A stretch of 24,683 nucleotides of DNA from a bacterium. Lineage in GTDB: Bacteria; Zhuqueibacterota; Zhuqueibacteria; Oceanimicrobiales; Oceanimicrobiaceae. Position 1 is the stretch's first letter. Each line of letters begins with the position of its first letter. The stretch is from contig JBHHXN010000068.1 of NCBI GenBank assembly GCA_046757025.1, positions 1 through 24,683 of the forward strand, read 5' to 3'. This document shows, piece after piece, positions 1-8,164 of the stretch. The notes under the pieces were generated by a model. The model saw only the letters and a list, made by a program, of their open reading frames with translations, had not been told where the DNA came from and did no database searches. The position numbers and the translations under genes were made by a program.

Positions 1-174
1 AATGGCTTCATTCTGCTATTTTGGAATTTTTCTAACGATAGTTATTATAAGGAATAATGTGAATGACGGTTAAGTAAAATGCACTGAAAAACAATTGATT
101 ACACAACTGCGAAACTTGAATTATTTAACTATTCAAAATGATGTTCTGAATTTCAAAAAATAAAAGGAAACGGC

Positions 175-849
175 ATGTATTGTCCGGATTGTAAGGAGAA
201 ACGGCCACAATCTCATTTGTATTGTTTTGGTTGTGGGACTTTGTTGAAAGATGATCATGCAGGCGAACATCTCTGTTCCATTTTTGAGGGATCGAGTGCA
301 GGTTCTCAGAGTACCTTTTTTGAGGAAGTTAAGCATTTCGCTATTCAACATCCAGAAAACGCGTTTGCACAAAAAATATTTGGCAATGTCTTGTTTTATC
401 AGGGCCGGTTGCTCGAAGCGGAATCGCACTACCGAAGCGCTCTGGAGATGGACCCCGACAATATCGACTTGCTTTATGATTTGAGCATCGTGCTTTACTA
501 TCAAGCGAGGTTGACTGAAACGCAAAGTCAGTTGCAAAAGCTGCTGAAAGCCGCGCCGGAATACAGTCCGGCGCACTATCGCCTCGGTCTGACTTACTAC
601 CATTTAGGCCAATATGATAAGGCGATAGAGCACTTAAACAAATGCGCTGTACTGTCGCCGGATTTCGAAATGGCGCATTTTCATCTGGGCATCGTTTGGG
701 CGAAAATGGGAAAGTTGGAATTGGCCATTGAACAATTTCATCATCAACTGGATCGCAATCTCAAAGACGCTGCCAGTCGCAACTATTTAGAAGAGCTGTT
801 TGTCAAGAAATGGAAATCGGAAGTTGTTAAAAGCGCCGACTCGCAATAA
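175..849 (+). CDS. N-terminal zinc-ribbon + tetratricopeptide repeat (TPR) protein
   Basis: 224-aa ORF; AAGGA upstream of ATG; CPDC-x10-CFGC at the N-terminus; about four TPR units (e.g. AHYRLGLTYYHLGQYDKAIEHLNKCAVLSP, AHFHLGIVWAKMGKLELAIEQF). Confidence 0.88.
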   Translation: MYCPDCKEKRPQSHLYCFGCGTLLKDDHAGEHLCSIFEGSSAGSQSTFFEEVKHFAIQHPENAFAQKIFGNVLFYQGRLLEAESHYRSALEMDPDNIDLLYDLSIVLYYQARLTETQSQLQKLLKAAPEYSPAHYRLGLTYYHLGQYDKAIEHLNKCAVLSPDFEMAHFHLGIVWAKMGKLELAIEQFHHQLDRNLKDAASRNYLEELFVKKWKSEVVKSADSQ

Positions 850-967
850 CACTAACTCCTATCCTGCACGAAATTTAAATAGTGAAGATGGCGCTACCAG
901 TCTGAATCTTTCATTAGAAATTTTTATTGAATCGGTATCCGTTTTAGAGTCGTTTAAAAAAAAGCAG

Positions 968-998
968 ATTGAATTTGTTTGAATTTCAACAATTCAAT
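968..998. promoter_or_regulatory. Imperfect AT-rich palindrome upstream of the large operon (possible operator)
   Basis: attgaatttgtttgaa-t-ttcaacaattcaat; the arms pair with two single-base bulges; ~190 nt upstream of the 1188 ATG. Confidence 0.35.
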
Positions 999-1187
999 TA
1001 TTTTAGCTTTCCCTTCAATTTTCAAATCTCTTAACACACTTTCAGTATTTCGCGGTTTCTTTTGGTGATGCGGTGAAGAGGGCGGCCTGACAACCACTTT
1101 TGCTTAGAGATGCCTGGTAATTATTCTGCCGGAGGAATTAACATGGGGGTTTGAGAAAATTCACTAAAACATTGAGAGGAGGAAGCC

Positions 1188-4100
1188 ATGAACTCGCCTT
1201 TTGCCTATCAGAAATTCGTCGTTTTGTGTGAGCTTTTTGTTGTTATTTTCCTGCTGCTTTTGATGATGCCAGCAAGTGTGACGGCCAGTATAAAATCGCC
1301 AGTCAAGGTGGATTTAGAGATATCCGAGACGCCGGCTTTAAATCAACCGTTTCAGATGACCTGCACAGTCAAATCCATGATTGCGGCGCCCAACACCTCC
1401 GCTGAAATTCTTCTACCAGATGGGGCCGAGCTGCTCAGCGGCAAATTGACCTGGGCCGGAGATCTCGAAAAAGACAGGGCGATCACGTTTACTGCTCTGG
1501 CGGTTTTCAGAAAAACTGGCAATCACACCATCGAGGCCCGTGCCAAATACCCAATTGATGAAACTAATTTCTGGGGAGATGGAAAAGAAATTTTCCTGCA
1601 TGTGGATATTGACCGAGGACAATTCGGTTATTTACTACCACCTGATTCAGAAGTCGAAAAGGTTGTCGCGCTTGACAACGTTCAATTTTCTAAAGCACTC
1701 CCAACAGTGAATCCCGTACTGGATCCGTTGAATGAAAAGCCTTTTATCCCAGAAGAATTGCGCCAAAAGTACGATGACCCTCCTCAGTTACAATCGGCTG
1801 CCGGCCGGGTCACCGTATCCGGCAGATTCTATTATTTCGACGCCCGCGGACAATTGACGCCGGGAAAATACGTTACGGTCTATCTATTTGACCAGGACGA
1901 TCTCAGTGATGACGATTATTTAGGGGTAACGATAACGGATAAAAATGGATACTGGCAAATTAGAGATATTTCAAATTATGACGGTTTTCAGGGGACTCTG
2001 GATATATATACGGTTTTTACCACTTCCACTGACAAACGCAGAGTCGAAAATTATGATGATCAAGCTTATGAATGGAAATCAAACGTGACAAAAGACGTTC
2101 CAGACGGAAACGTTGATTTGGGCCGATTTGAAGTAAGAAAGGGCAACCAGCACGAAGGGGCTTTGTGGATATTCCAGGTTTTGCGCGATGGCTGGGCCTA
2201 CGTTTCCCGGTATAATGATCCCGGTAAATGTACAGTTGAATGGGAGTACCTCCGAGATGTGGGCGCCGAATACGTCCTTGGCGAAGATATTCATTTGCGA
2301 TCCAGTGATAGATCCTTCCCAGACGTCATACTGCATGAAGTCGCACATAATTACATGTGGAATATTTACGGCGAGTGGTTTCCGAATACACATTGTCCAA
2401 GTCCACACTACCTAGGCCAGGCCAGTCATGTGAATTGCGCCTGGACCGAAGGTTGGGCAAGCTTTTTTCCGCTGGCAGTTTACGATGACGGTACCGCTAA
2501 TGCCGCCATCTTTAATCTCGGTTACTCTCAAGTAAATATGGAATCGCCGGATGCTGCCTGGGATCGCGGTGATGAGGTGGAGGGTCGGGTTACCGCAGCC
2601 CTCTGGGATATTTATGATAAATTTGATGATGGCGCCGATCAACACGGGTATGGATTTGATGAAATCTGGGATGTCATTTACAATCAGAATGATAACAGAT
2701 TTTCGGAATTCTGGAGCGCCTGGAAAACGCGCGGCCATGCAAAACATTATGCCGTGGCAAGCATTTATCAGAATACCATTGATTACAACACAAAACCCCT
2801 TTGGGTTTCGTTGCCTGACCAGACCCTTGAGGAAAACTCCAGCGCTCTAAAAGTCATTGATCTTTGGAATTATGTTTGGGATAATGAGAGTACAGATTTG
2901 CAGCTTTCCTTTTCTATCGTCGGCAATACCAACCCGAATTGCGGCGTACGAATTGCCGCGGATCGCTACATCGATATCATTCCGGGCAAAAATTGGTACG
3001 GCCACAGCGATGTCACCATTCAAGTGAGCGACCTGGCCGAAACCGCCACCGATGAATTTCGAATCAACGTTTATCGGACAAACATCAATGCACCAACAAA
3101 CCTGGCTGCGGTGGCAAACGGCGCCAGCGTGAAATTGACCTGGAGAGACAACTCTGACAGCGAAGAAGGATTTAAAATCGAGCGTATGAATGGTGCCAAC
3201 GGAAGCTGGAGTGAAATTGCCACTATCAGCTGGGGTCGAGAATGGTATGAGGACAAATCCGCCGCTGCTAATGAGTTTTTTACTTATCGAATTCGAGCCT
3301 ACAGCGGCAGCAATTTTTCGGATTATTCCAACGCGTCCACGGCCTGGACCCTGGGGAAACCTGCCAGCCTGATCGCGACCGCGGCTTCTCCCGAGCGCAT
3401 CGATCTGCACTGGCAGGATACCGCCACTCAGGAAGATGGCTTCAAAATCGAAATGCGCGAAAATCCACACGGAAGCTGGAATGTGTTGGCGGTGGTGAAC
3501 GCCGATGTGGAATCGTATCAGAGTACGGGATTATTGCCGGGAATCATCTACAGTTATCGTGTGCGGGCGTATCGCGTCAGCGCTGCCAACGTCACGCACT
3601 ATTCCGCTTACTCAAACGAAGCCGCAGCAGCGCCAACCACGACCATTCCCATTTCCGACGGTTTTGACTACCCCATTGGCGCCACTGGTTTTGCCACACA
3701 AGCCAAAGATAATGTGGATGAATGGTATAATGCACAGGATTTTCGAGGGCGGGGTTACGATCCGAAACGGGATCACCTGGGTGAAGACTGGAATAACCCT
3801 GAACGCGAGGGTGGGGATTGTGGCTTGCCGGTTTATGCTGCGTCAAAGGGCAAGATTGTTTACGCGGCCAATACCGGCGGCAGTTGGGGAAATGTCGTCA
3901 TCATTCGTCACCTGTTGCCCGATGGAACCGAGGTTGAAACCCTCTATGGCCATTTGACCGTCATAGAAAGAAACGACGGCTTGGTCGGCCGCCGAGAATT
4001 GATCGGCACCATTGGCGATGGCAATGGCAATTTTGACTGCCATTTGCATTTTGAATTGCGTCATTCTAACTGTACTTCGTGGGGGCTGCCCGGCCCAGGC

Positions 4101-6329
4101 TATTTGAACAACAGCGTCGGCTGGACCGATCCGTCTGATTTTATCGATTCGCACCGGACATTAGGCGCTCAGATTTTCAGCGATATTCCTTCCAACAGTT
4201 GGAAAAGAAAATACGCCGAGCTGGTTTACATCAAGGGGCTTATGTCGGAGTGCGATATCGGACCGAGGAGATTCTGTCCGGATGCGCCCGTAACCCGGGC
4301 GAAGTTGGCGGTTTACTGGCTTAAAGGACATTTCGGTCCGGGTTACACCCCTCCGCCTGCAACCAAACATTATTTTGCGGACGTTCCGCCAAATCACCCG
4401 CAAGCCGATTGGATTGAACAATTCTTTGAAGAGGGTTTCACGGCCGGCTGTGTCACCGACCTGCCGCTCATGTATTGTCCGGATCAGAATCTCAGTCGCG
4501 CTGAAATGGCCGTGTTTATTTTGAAGGCTATTCATGACACCGGGTACCGGCCGCCAGCCCCCAGCGGCAACATGTTCGACGACGTGCCGGCTAACGAGTG
4601 GTTTGCCAAGTGGGTGGAGCAGTTGGCAGCCGAAGGCATTACTGCGGGCTGCTCCAGCGACCCGCCGTTGTTTTGCCCGTTCAATCCCCTCACGCGTGCC
4701 GAGGTTGCGGTTTTCTTGCTGCGGGCCTTCAATTATTATCCCCGAACGCAAAACGTGGCCAGCAGTCCGGAAATTACTGCCACCTGGCAGGCCGATTTGA
4801 ACGTCCGCGACGCCGGCGGCGAAACCACCACCTTGATTTTTGGTCAGGCGCCCTCGGCAACCGCGGCCCTGGATGTGGCATTTGGCGAAGCCGAGCTGCC
4901 GCCGGTTCCGCCGACCGGCATCCTCGATGCCCGATTCGAGCTACCCGTGACGCCGCAGATGGCTTCCATCAAGGACTACCGCTCTGACTGGGACGAAAAA
5001 ACGTTGTGGAAAGTCAATTTTCAGCCCGGCGCCGGCGGCTACCCCATGACCCTGAGCTGGAATCAGGCCGAGCTGCCCCGTGGATTTTTCACGCTGAAGG
5101 ACGCCATCACCGGCAATTTCATCACGTTGAATATGAAAACCAGAAACAGCCTGACGGTGAGCAACAGCGCTATCAACACGTTGATCATCGAAAAGCGCAC
5201 CACACTCGACCGCCGTTTTGCCGCCGGCGTGGGTTGGAATCTCGTTTCCCTGCCGGTCAATTCAGCAGACATGAGCAAAGTGGCGCTGTTTCCCACAGCC
5301 TCTTCACTTGCTTATGGATTTGAAAGCGGTTACGTGTCTGCTGACACTCTGCAACCAGGTCGGGGCTACTGGCTGAAATTTAATGCCTCGCTGGATCAGC
5401 AAATCACCGGCGTGCCGGCTGAAATTAAGGAAGTGCCGGTCAAGGCGGGCTGGAACATCATCGGGCCTTTCGAGTCAGACGCGCAGGTGGCAAACCTGAC
5501 CACTCAGCCAGCGGATCTCATTCAATCCAACTTTTTTGGATTTGAAAACGGCTATGTGATGGTTTCCACTCTGCGAGTGGGCAAGGGCTACTGGGTCAAA
5601 GTCAGTCAGGATGGAAAACTGTATTTCCCGGAAGAAGAGAGTCCGGGGCGGAGCGATTTTGTGTCCCTGACTAAAAGCTCCGCTGCCGAAGAAATAGCGG
5701 ACTGGCCCAGAATTCAATTTGAAGATCAAGCGGGTGGAACGGGAATTCTCTATCTCGCTGCGAATGCAGAGGTGGGGATGGATTACAGCCTGCCTCCGAT
5801 TCCGCCTGCCGGTATTTTTGACTTACGATTCAGCAGCGGTCGATTTGTGGAAGATCTGAACAAAGACAATCTGGAAGTGCACATAAACGCCGCGGTTTAT
5901 CCCCTAAAAATCCATCTGGTAAAGTTGTCCGCGCTGACTCTGCGTTTAAAAGATGCCGGAACCGGCAAAGCTGTAAAGGTCACGTTAATCGGCGGTGCAG
6001 TGGTGGAAATTCGCGAGGCCGCAGACCGGCTGGCCTTGAATACCAAAGAGCAATCGACGTTGCCGACGCAATATGAATTAAGTCAGAACCACCCCAATCC
6101 TTTCAATCCCACAACGGTGATAAAGTTTGCCTTGCCAGAAGCCCGGCATGTTCAAATCACGGTGTATAATGCATTGGGGGAGAAAGTGATGGAGCTCATG
6201 GACGCGGAGCTGCCGGTGGGTCAACACCAAGTGGAGTTCAATGCCAAAAATCAGGCTTCAGGTGTTTACTTTTACGTCATGAAATCCGGCGATTTTATGG
6301 CGGTCAAGAAAATGCTGGTGCTGAGGTAA
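1188..6329 (+). CDS. Secreted multidomain protein: signal peptide, Ig-like, HExxH zinc metalloprotease, 2x FN3, M23 peptidase, 3x SLH, accessory beta domains, T9SS-type/FlgD C-terminal sorting domain
   Basis: SD AGGAGG; hydrophobic signal ending VTA-S; ILHEVAH (HEVAH at 2334) with downstream TEGWA; FN3 (APTNLAA...LTWRDNSDSEEGFKIER...YRIRAY); M23 motifs HLGED (3774), TLYGHL and HLHFE (4041); three SLH units (F.DVP...W...G...C...FCP...TRAE.A) at ~4175-4730; QNHPNPFNP...KKMLVLR at the end. Confidence 0.93.
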   Translation: MNSPFAYQKFVVLCELFVVIFLLLLMMPASVTASIKSPVKVDLEISETPALNQPFQMTCTVKSMIAAPNTSAEILLPDGAELLSGKLTWAGDLEKDRAITFTALAVFRKTGNHTIEARAKYPIDETNFWGDGKEIFLHVDIDRGQFGYLLPPDSEVEKVVALDNVQFSKALPTVNPVLDPLNEKPFIPEELRQKYDDPPQLQSAAGRVTVSGRFYYFDARGQLTPGKYVTVYLFDQDDLSDDDYLGVTITDKNGYWQIRDISNYDGFQGTLDIYTVFTTSTDKRRVENYDDQAYEWKSNVTKDVPDGNVDLGRFEVRKGNQHEGALWIFQVLRDGWAYVSRYNDPGKCTVEWEYLRDVGAEYVLGEDIHLRSSDRSFPDVILHEVAHNYMWNIYGEWFPNTHCPSPHYLGQASHVNCAWTEGWASFFPLAVYDDGTANAAIFNLGYSQVNMESPDAAWDRGDEVEGRVTAALWDIYDKFDDGADQHGYGFDEIWDVIYNQNDNRFSEFWSAWKTRGHAKHYAVASIYQNTIDYNTKPLWVSLPDQTLEENSSALKVIDLWNYVWDNESTDLQLSFSIVGNTNPNCGVRIAADRYIDIIPGKNWYGHSDVTIQVSDLAETATDEFRINVYRTNINAPTNLAAVANGASVKLTWRDNSDSEEGFKIERMNGANGSWSEIATISWGREWYEDKSAAANEFFTYRIRAYSGSNFSDYSNASTAWTLGKPASLIATAASPERIDLHWQDTATQEDGFKIEMRENPHGSWNVLAVVNADVESYQSTGLLPGIIYSYRVRAYRVSAANVTHYSAYSNEAAAAPTTTIPISDGFDYPIGATGFATQAKDNVDEWYNAQDFRGRGYDPKRDHLGEDWNNPEREGGDCGLPVYAASKGKIVYAANTGGSWGNVVIIRHLLPDGTEVETLYGHLTVIERNDGLVGRRELIGTIGDGNGNFDCHLHFELRHSNCTSWGLPGPGYLNNSVGWTDPSDFIDSHRTLGAQIFSDIPSNSWKRKYAELVYIKGLMSECDIGPRRFCPDAPVTRAKLAVYWLKGHFGPGYTPPPATKHYFADVPPNHPQADWIEQFFEEGFTAGCVTDLPLMYCPDQNLSRAEMAVFILKAIHDTGYRPPAPSGNMFDDVPANEWFAKWVEQLAAEGITAGCSSDPPLFCPFNPLTRAEVAVFLLRAFNYYPRTQNVASSPEITATWQADLNVRDAGGETTTLIFGQAPSATAALDVAFGEAELPPVPPTGILDARFELPVTPQMASIKDYRSDWDEKTLWKVNFQPGAGGYPMTLSWNQAELPRGFFTLKDAITGNFITLNMKTRNSLTVSNSAINTLIIEKRTTLDRRFAAGVGWNLVSLPVNSADMSKVALFPTASSLAYGFESGYVSADTLQPGRGYWLKFNASLDQQITGVPAEIKEVPVKAGWNIIGPFESDAQVANLTTQPADLIQSNFFGFENGYVMVSTLRVGKGYWVKVSQDGKLYFPEEESPGRSDFVSLTKSSAAEEIADWPRIQFEDQAGGTGILYLAANAEVGMDYSLPPIPPAGIFDLRFSSGRFVEDLNKDNLEVHINAAVYPLKIHLVKLSALTLRLKDAGTGKAVKVTLIGGAVVEIREAADRLALNTKEQSTLPTQYELSQNHPNPFNPTTVIKFALPEARHVQITVYNALGEKVMELMDAELPVGQHQVEFNAKNQASGVYFYVMKSGDFMAVKKMLVLR

Positions 6330-6377
6330 GTCGGCGCACTTTAGTAATTGCTTGCAAAACTTAATTTGGAGGAGGCC

Positions 6378-7472
6378 ATGACAGTTAAATGGATGTTCAT
6401 CTTTTTTTACGCTTGTCTCGGTCGTTTTGCTCTGGCACAAACCCCGCTCATCGATATTCCCATCACCATTTCAGATAATTCCGGCGCCAGTCAGGAGCTG
6501 CGATTTGGCATTGCTGCCACCGCCACCGACAGCCTGGACGAATCGCTCGGTGAGCAGGAGCTGCCGCCGTTTCCGCCGGCGGGTATTTTTGAAGCGCGAT
6601 TTGTCGGGGAAGATATTTCGCTGCCGCAGTTAGGACTGGGAACCTATCGAGATTACCGCAGCGGTGATATCAATTTCAGCGGCTCGCAAACTCATGAGCT
6701 GCGATATCAAGTGGGCACCGGCACCGCCATCACCATCCGCTGGAACCTCCCCGCCTGCGTAACTGGTCATTTGCAAGATTTTTTTGGAGGCATTGTGATC
6801 AACAAGGATATGAATGGACTCGATAGCCTCGTGGTGGACAATCCCGGTGTGGTTAGCAAGCTTGCGATGACGATTTTTTACCGGCAGATTCTGCCGGCGC
6901 CAACGCTCATTTTTCCAGATAGCAACGCAACTGAAATTGCCACGGATACCGTACTGGTCTGGAACGCGGCCGGCTGCGCAGACTCTTATGGAATGCAAAT
7001 CTCAACCGACTCGAATTTTACCAGTCTAATCGTAGAAGAAAGCGGCCTTTTAGACACGACTTATCACGTTACCGGTCTTCAGGATAACACCACCTATTTT
7101 TGGCGCGTCAATGCCGGGTTCGGTGAAAATGTCAGCGATTGGTCTGAGGTGTGGCAATTCAAAACGGCCATGACAACAGCGGTCGAACAAGGAATGCAGA
7201 ATATTCCAATGCAATTTACTCTGGAACAGAATTATCCCAATCCATTTAATAATTCCACTGAAATAAGATATGTTTTGCCAAAAGCGATGAAGGTAACACT
7301 GGAGGTGTATAATATTCTCGGCCAAAGAGTAGCAGTGCTTTTAGATGGCAAAATGGCAAAGGGAAGACATTCGGTAAAATTTAATCATCGAGAATGGCAG
7401 AGCGGCTTTTATTTTTACCGTCTTCAGGCAGAGGGATTTGTGCAAATGAAGAAAATGATAATGCTGAAATAG
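6378..7472 (+). CDS. Secreted protein: accessory 'ELPPxPPxGIF' beta domain + FN3 + C-terminal sorting domain
   Basis: GGAGGAGG directly before ATG 6378 (ORF track begins at TTG 6348); signal peptide ending ALA-Q; FN3 (GLQDNTTYFWRVNA...SDWSEVWQF); QNYPNPFN...KKMIMLK. Confidence 0.9.
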   Translation: MTVKWMFIFFYACLGRFALAQTPLIDIPITISDNSGASQELRFGIAATATDSLDESLGEQELPPFPPAGIFEARFVGEDISLPQLGLGTYRDYRSGDINFSGSQTHELRYQVGTGTAITIRWNLPACVTGHLQDFFGGIVINKDMNGLDSLVVDNPGVVSKLAMTIFYRQILPAPTLIFPDSNATEIATDTVLVWNAAGCADSYGMQISTDSNFTSLIVEESGLLDTTYHVTGLQDNTTYFWRVNAGFGENVSDWSEVWQFKTAMTTAVEQGMQNIPMQFTLEQNYPNPFNNSTEIRYVLPKAMKVTLEVYNILGQRVAVLLDGKMAKGRHSVKFNHREWQSGFYFYRLQAEGFVQMKKMIMLK

Positions 7473-8083
7473 GGACTGACTATTGAATTGATTCTGAGTT
7501 TGTTTTAGATTAAATTTAAAGAGTATCATTCAATTTGAGTGGGTTTATGAGATTGAGAGGTGTAATTTTTATCGCGATTGCAGGTCTGATTACCGGGTGT
7601 GTACATACTCGCAGTTTGAAGAATCACACACAGGAAGAACTTTATGCTAAATTAAACGCTACCGCAATGAAGTATACCGGGCAAATTAGATTGCTTAAAG
7701 ACAATAAAATTCGCGCTTTAAAAATTCACGTTGCCAAAGATTCAACTTACTTTCTGAGATTGGATAGCTCAAATCAAAGCTTCATTCCAACCGCCGAAAT
7801 CACTGAGGTCAGGTTTAAAAATTCCGGACGCGGAATTGTAGACGGTGGTGGAATAGGATTCATTGCCGGTGCAGTCACCAGTTTGATAATCGGCATGGCT
7901 GTGGTCGGAGACGAGGTTGGCAGTAAGGACGAGGCCGCAGTTAAGGTCACCGGTGAGTTGGCCGGTGTTTTGATGGCGCCCTATTTCGGTGGCGCAGGTG
8001 CGGTTGTTGGGATGATAATTGGGGGAGTTATCGGGAGCAAAGAGAAGTTTTTGCTTACCGAACCAACGGTTGAATCTGAGTAA
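7452..8083 (+). repeat. Copy 1 of a ~630-bp diverged direct repeat (end of cargo gene + spacer + lipoprotein gene)
   Basis: Shares gattctgagtttgtt.tagat.aaatt.aaagagtatcattcaatttgagtggg and the whole lipoprotein gene with ~11898-12536. Confidence 0.9.
7547..8083 (+). CDS. Lipoprotein with C-terminal glycine-zipper-like hydrophobic hairpin
   Basis: Lipobox ITG-C after MRLRG + hydrophobic stretch; GxxxG-rich helices (GGGIGFIAGAVTSLIIG; GGAGAVVGMIIGGVIG); a paralog at 11998 supports coding status. Confidence 0.85.
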   Translation: MRLRGVIFIAIAGLITGCVHTRSLKNHTQEELYAKLNATAMKYTGQIRLLKDNKIRALKIHVAKDSTYFLRLDSSNQSFIPTAEITEVRFKNSGRGIVDGGGIGFIAGAVTSLIIGMAVVGDEVGSKDEAAVKVTGELAGVLMAPYFGGAGAVVGMIIGGVIGSKEKFLLTEPTVESE

Positions 8084-8164
8084 AAGTAGGAAGATGTTCA
8101 TTAAACAGCCTGTGATCCTTATTCGGCTGCAAATTAGGGTAGGGACTATTGCAAGGAGGAAGCC

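Noticed and set aside
1060..1130. GC-richer leader as a possible c-di-GMP or other riboswitch
   Set aside because: Lacks the conserved GGCAAA/GAAA/GCAAAG elements; no consensus I can recognise.
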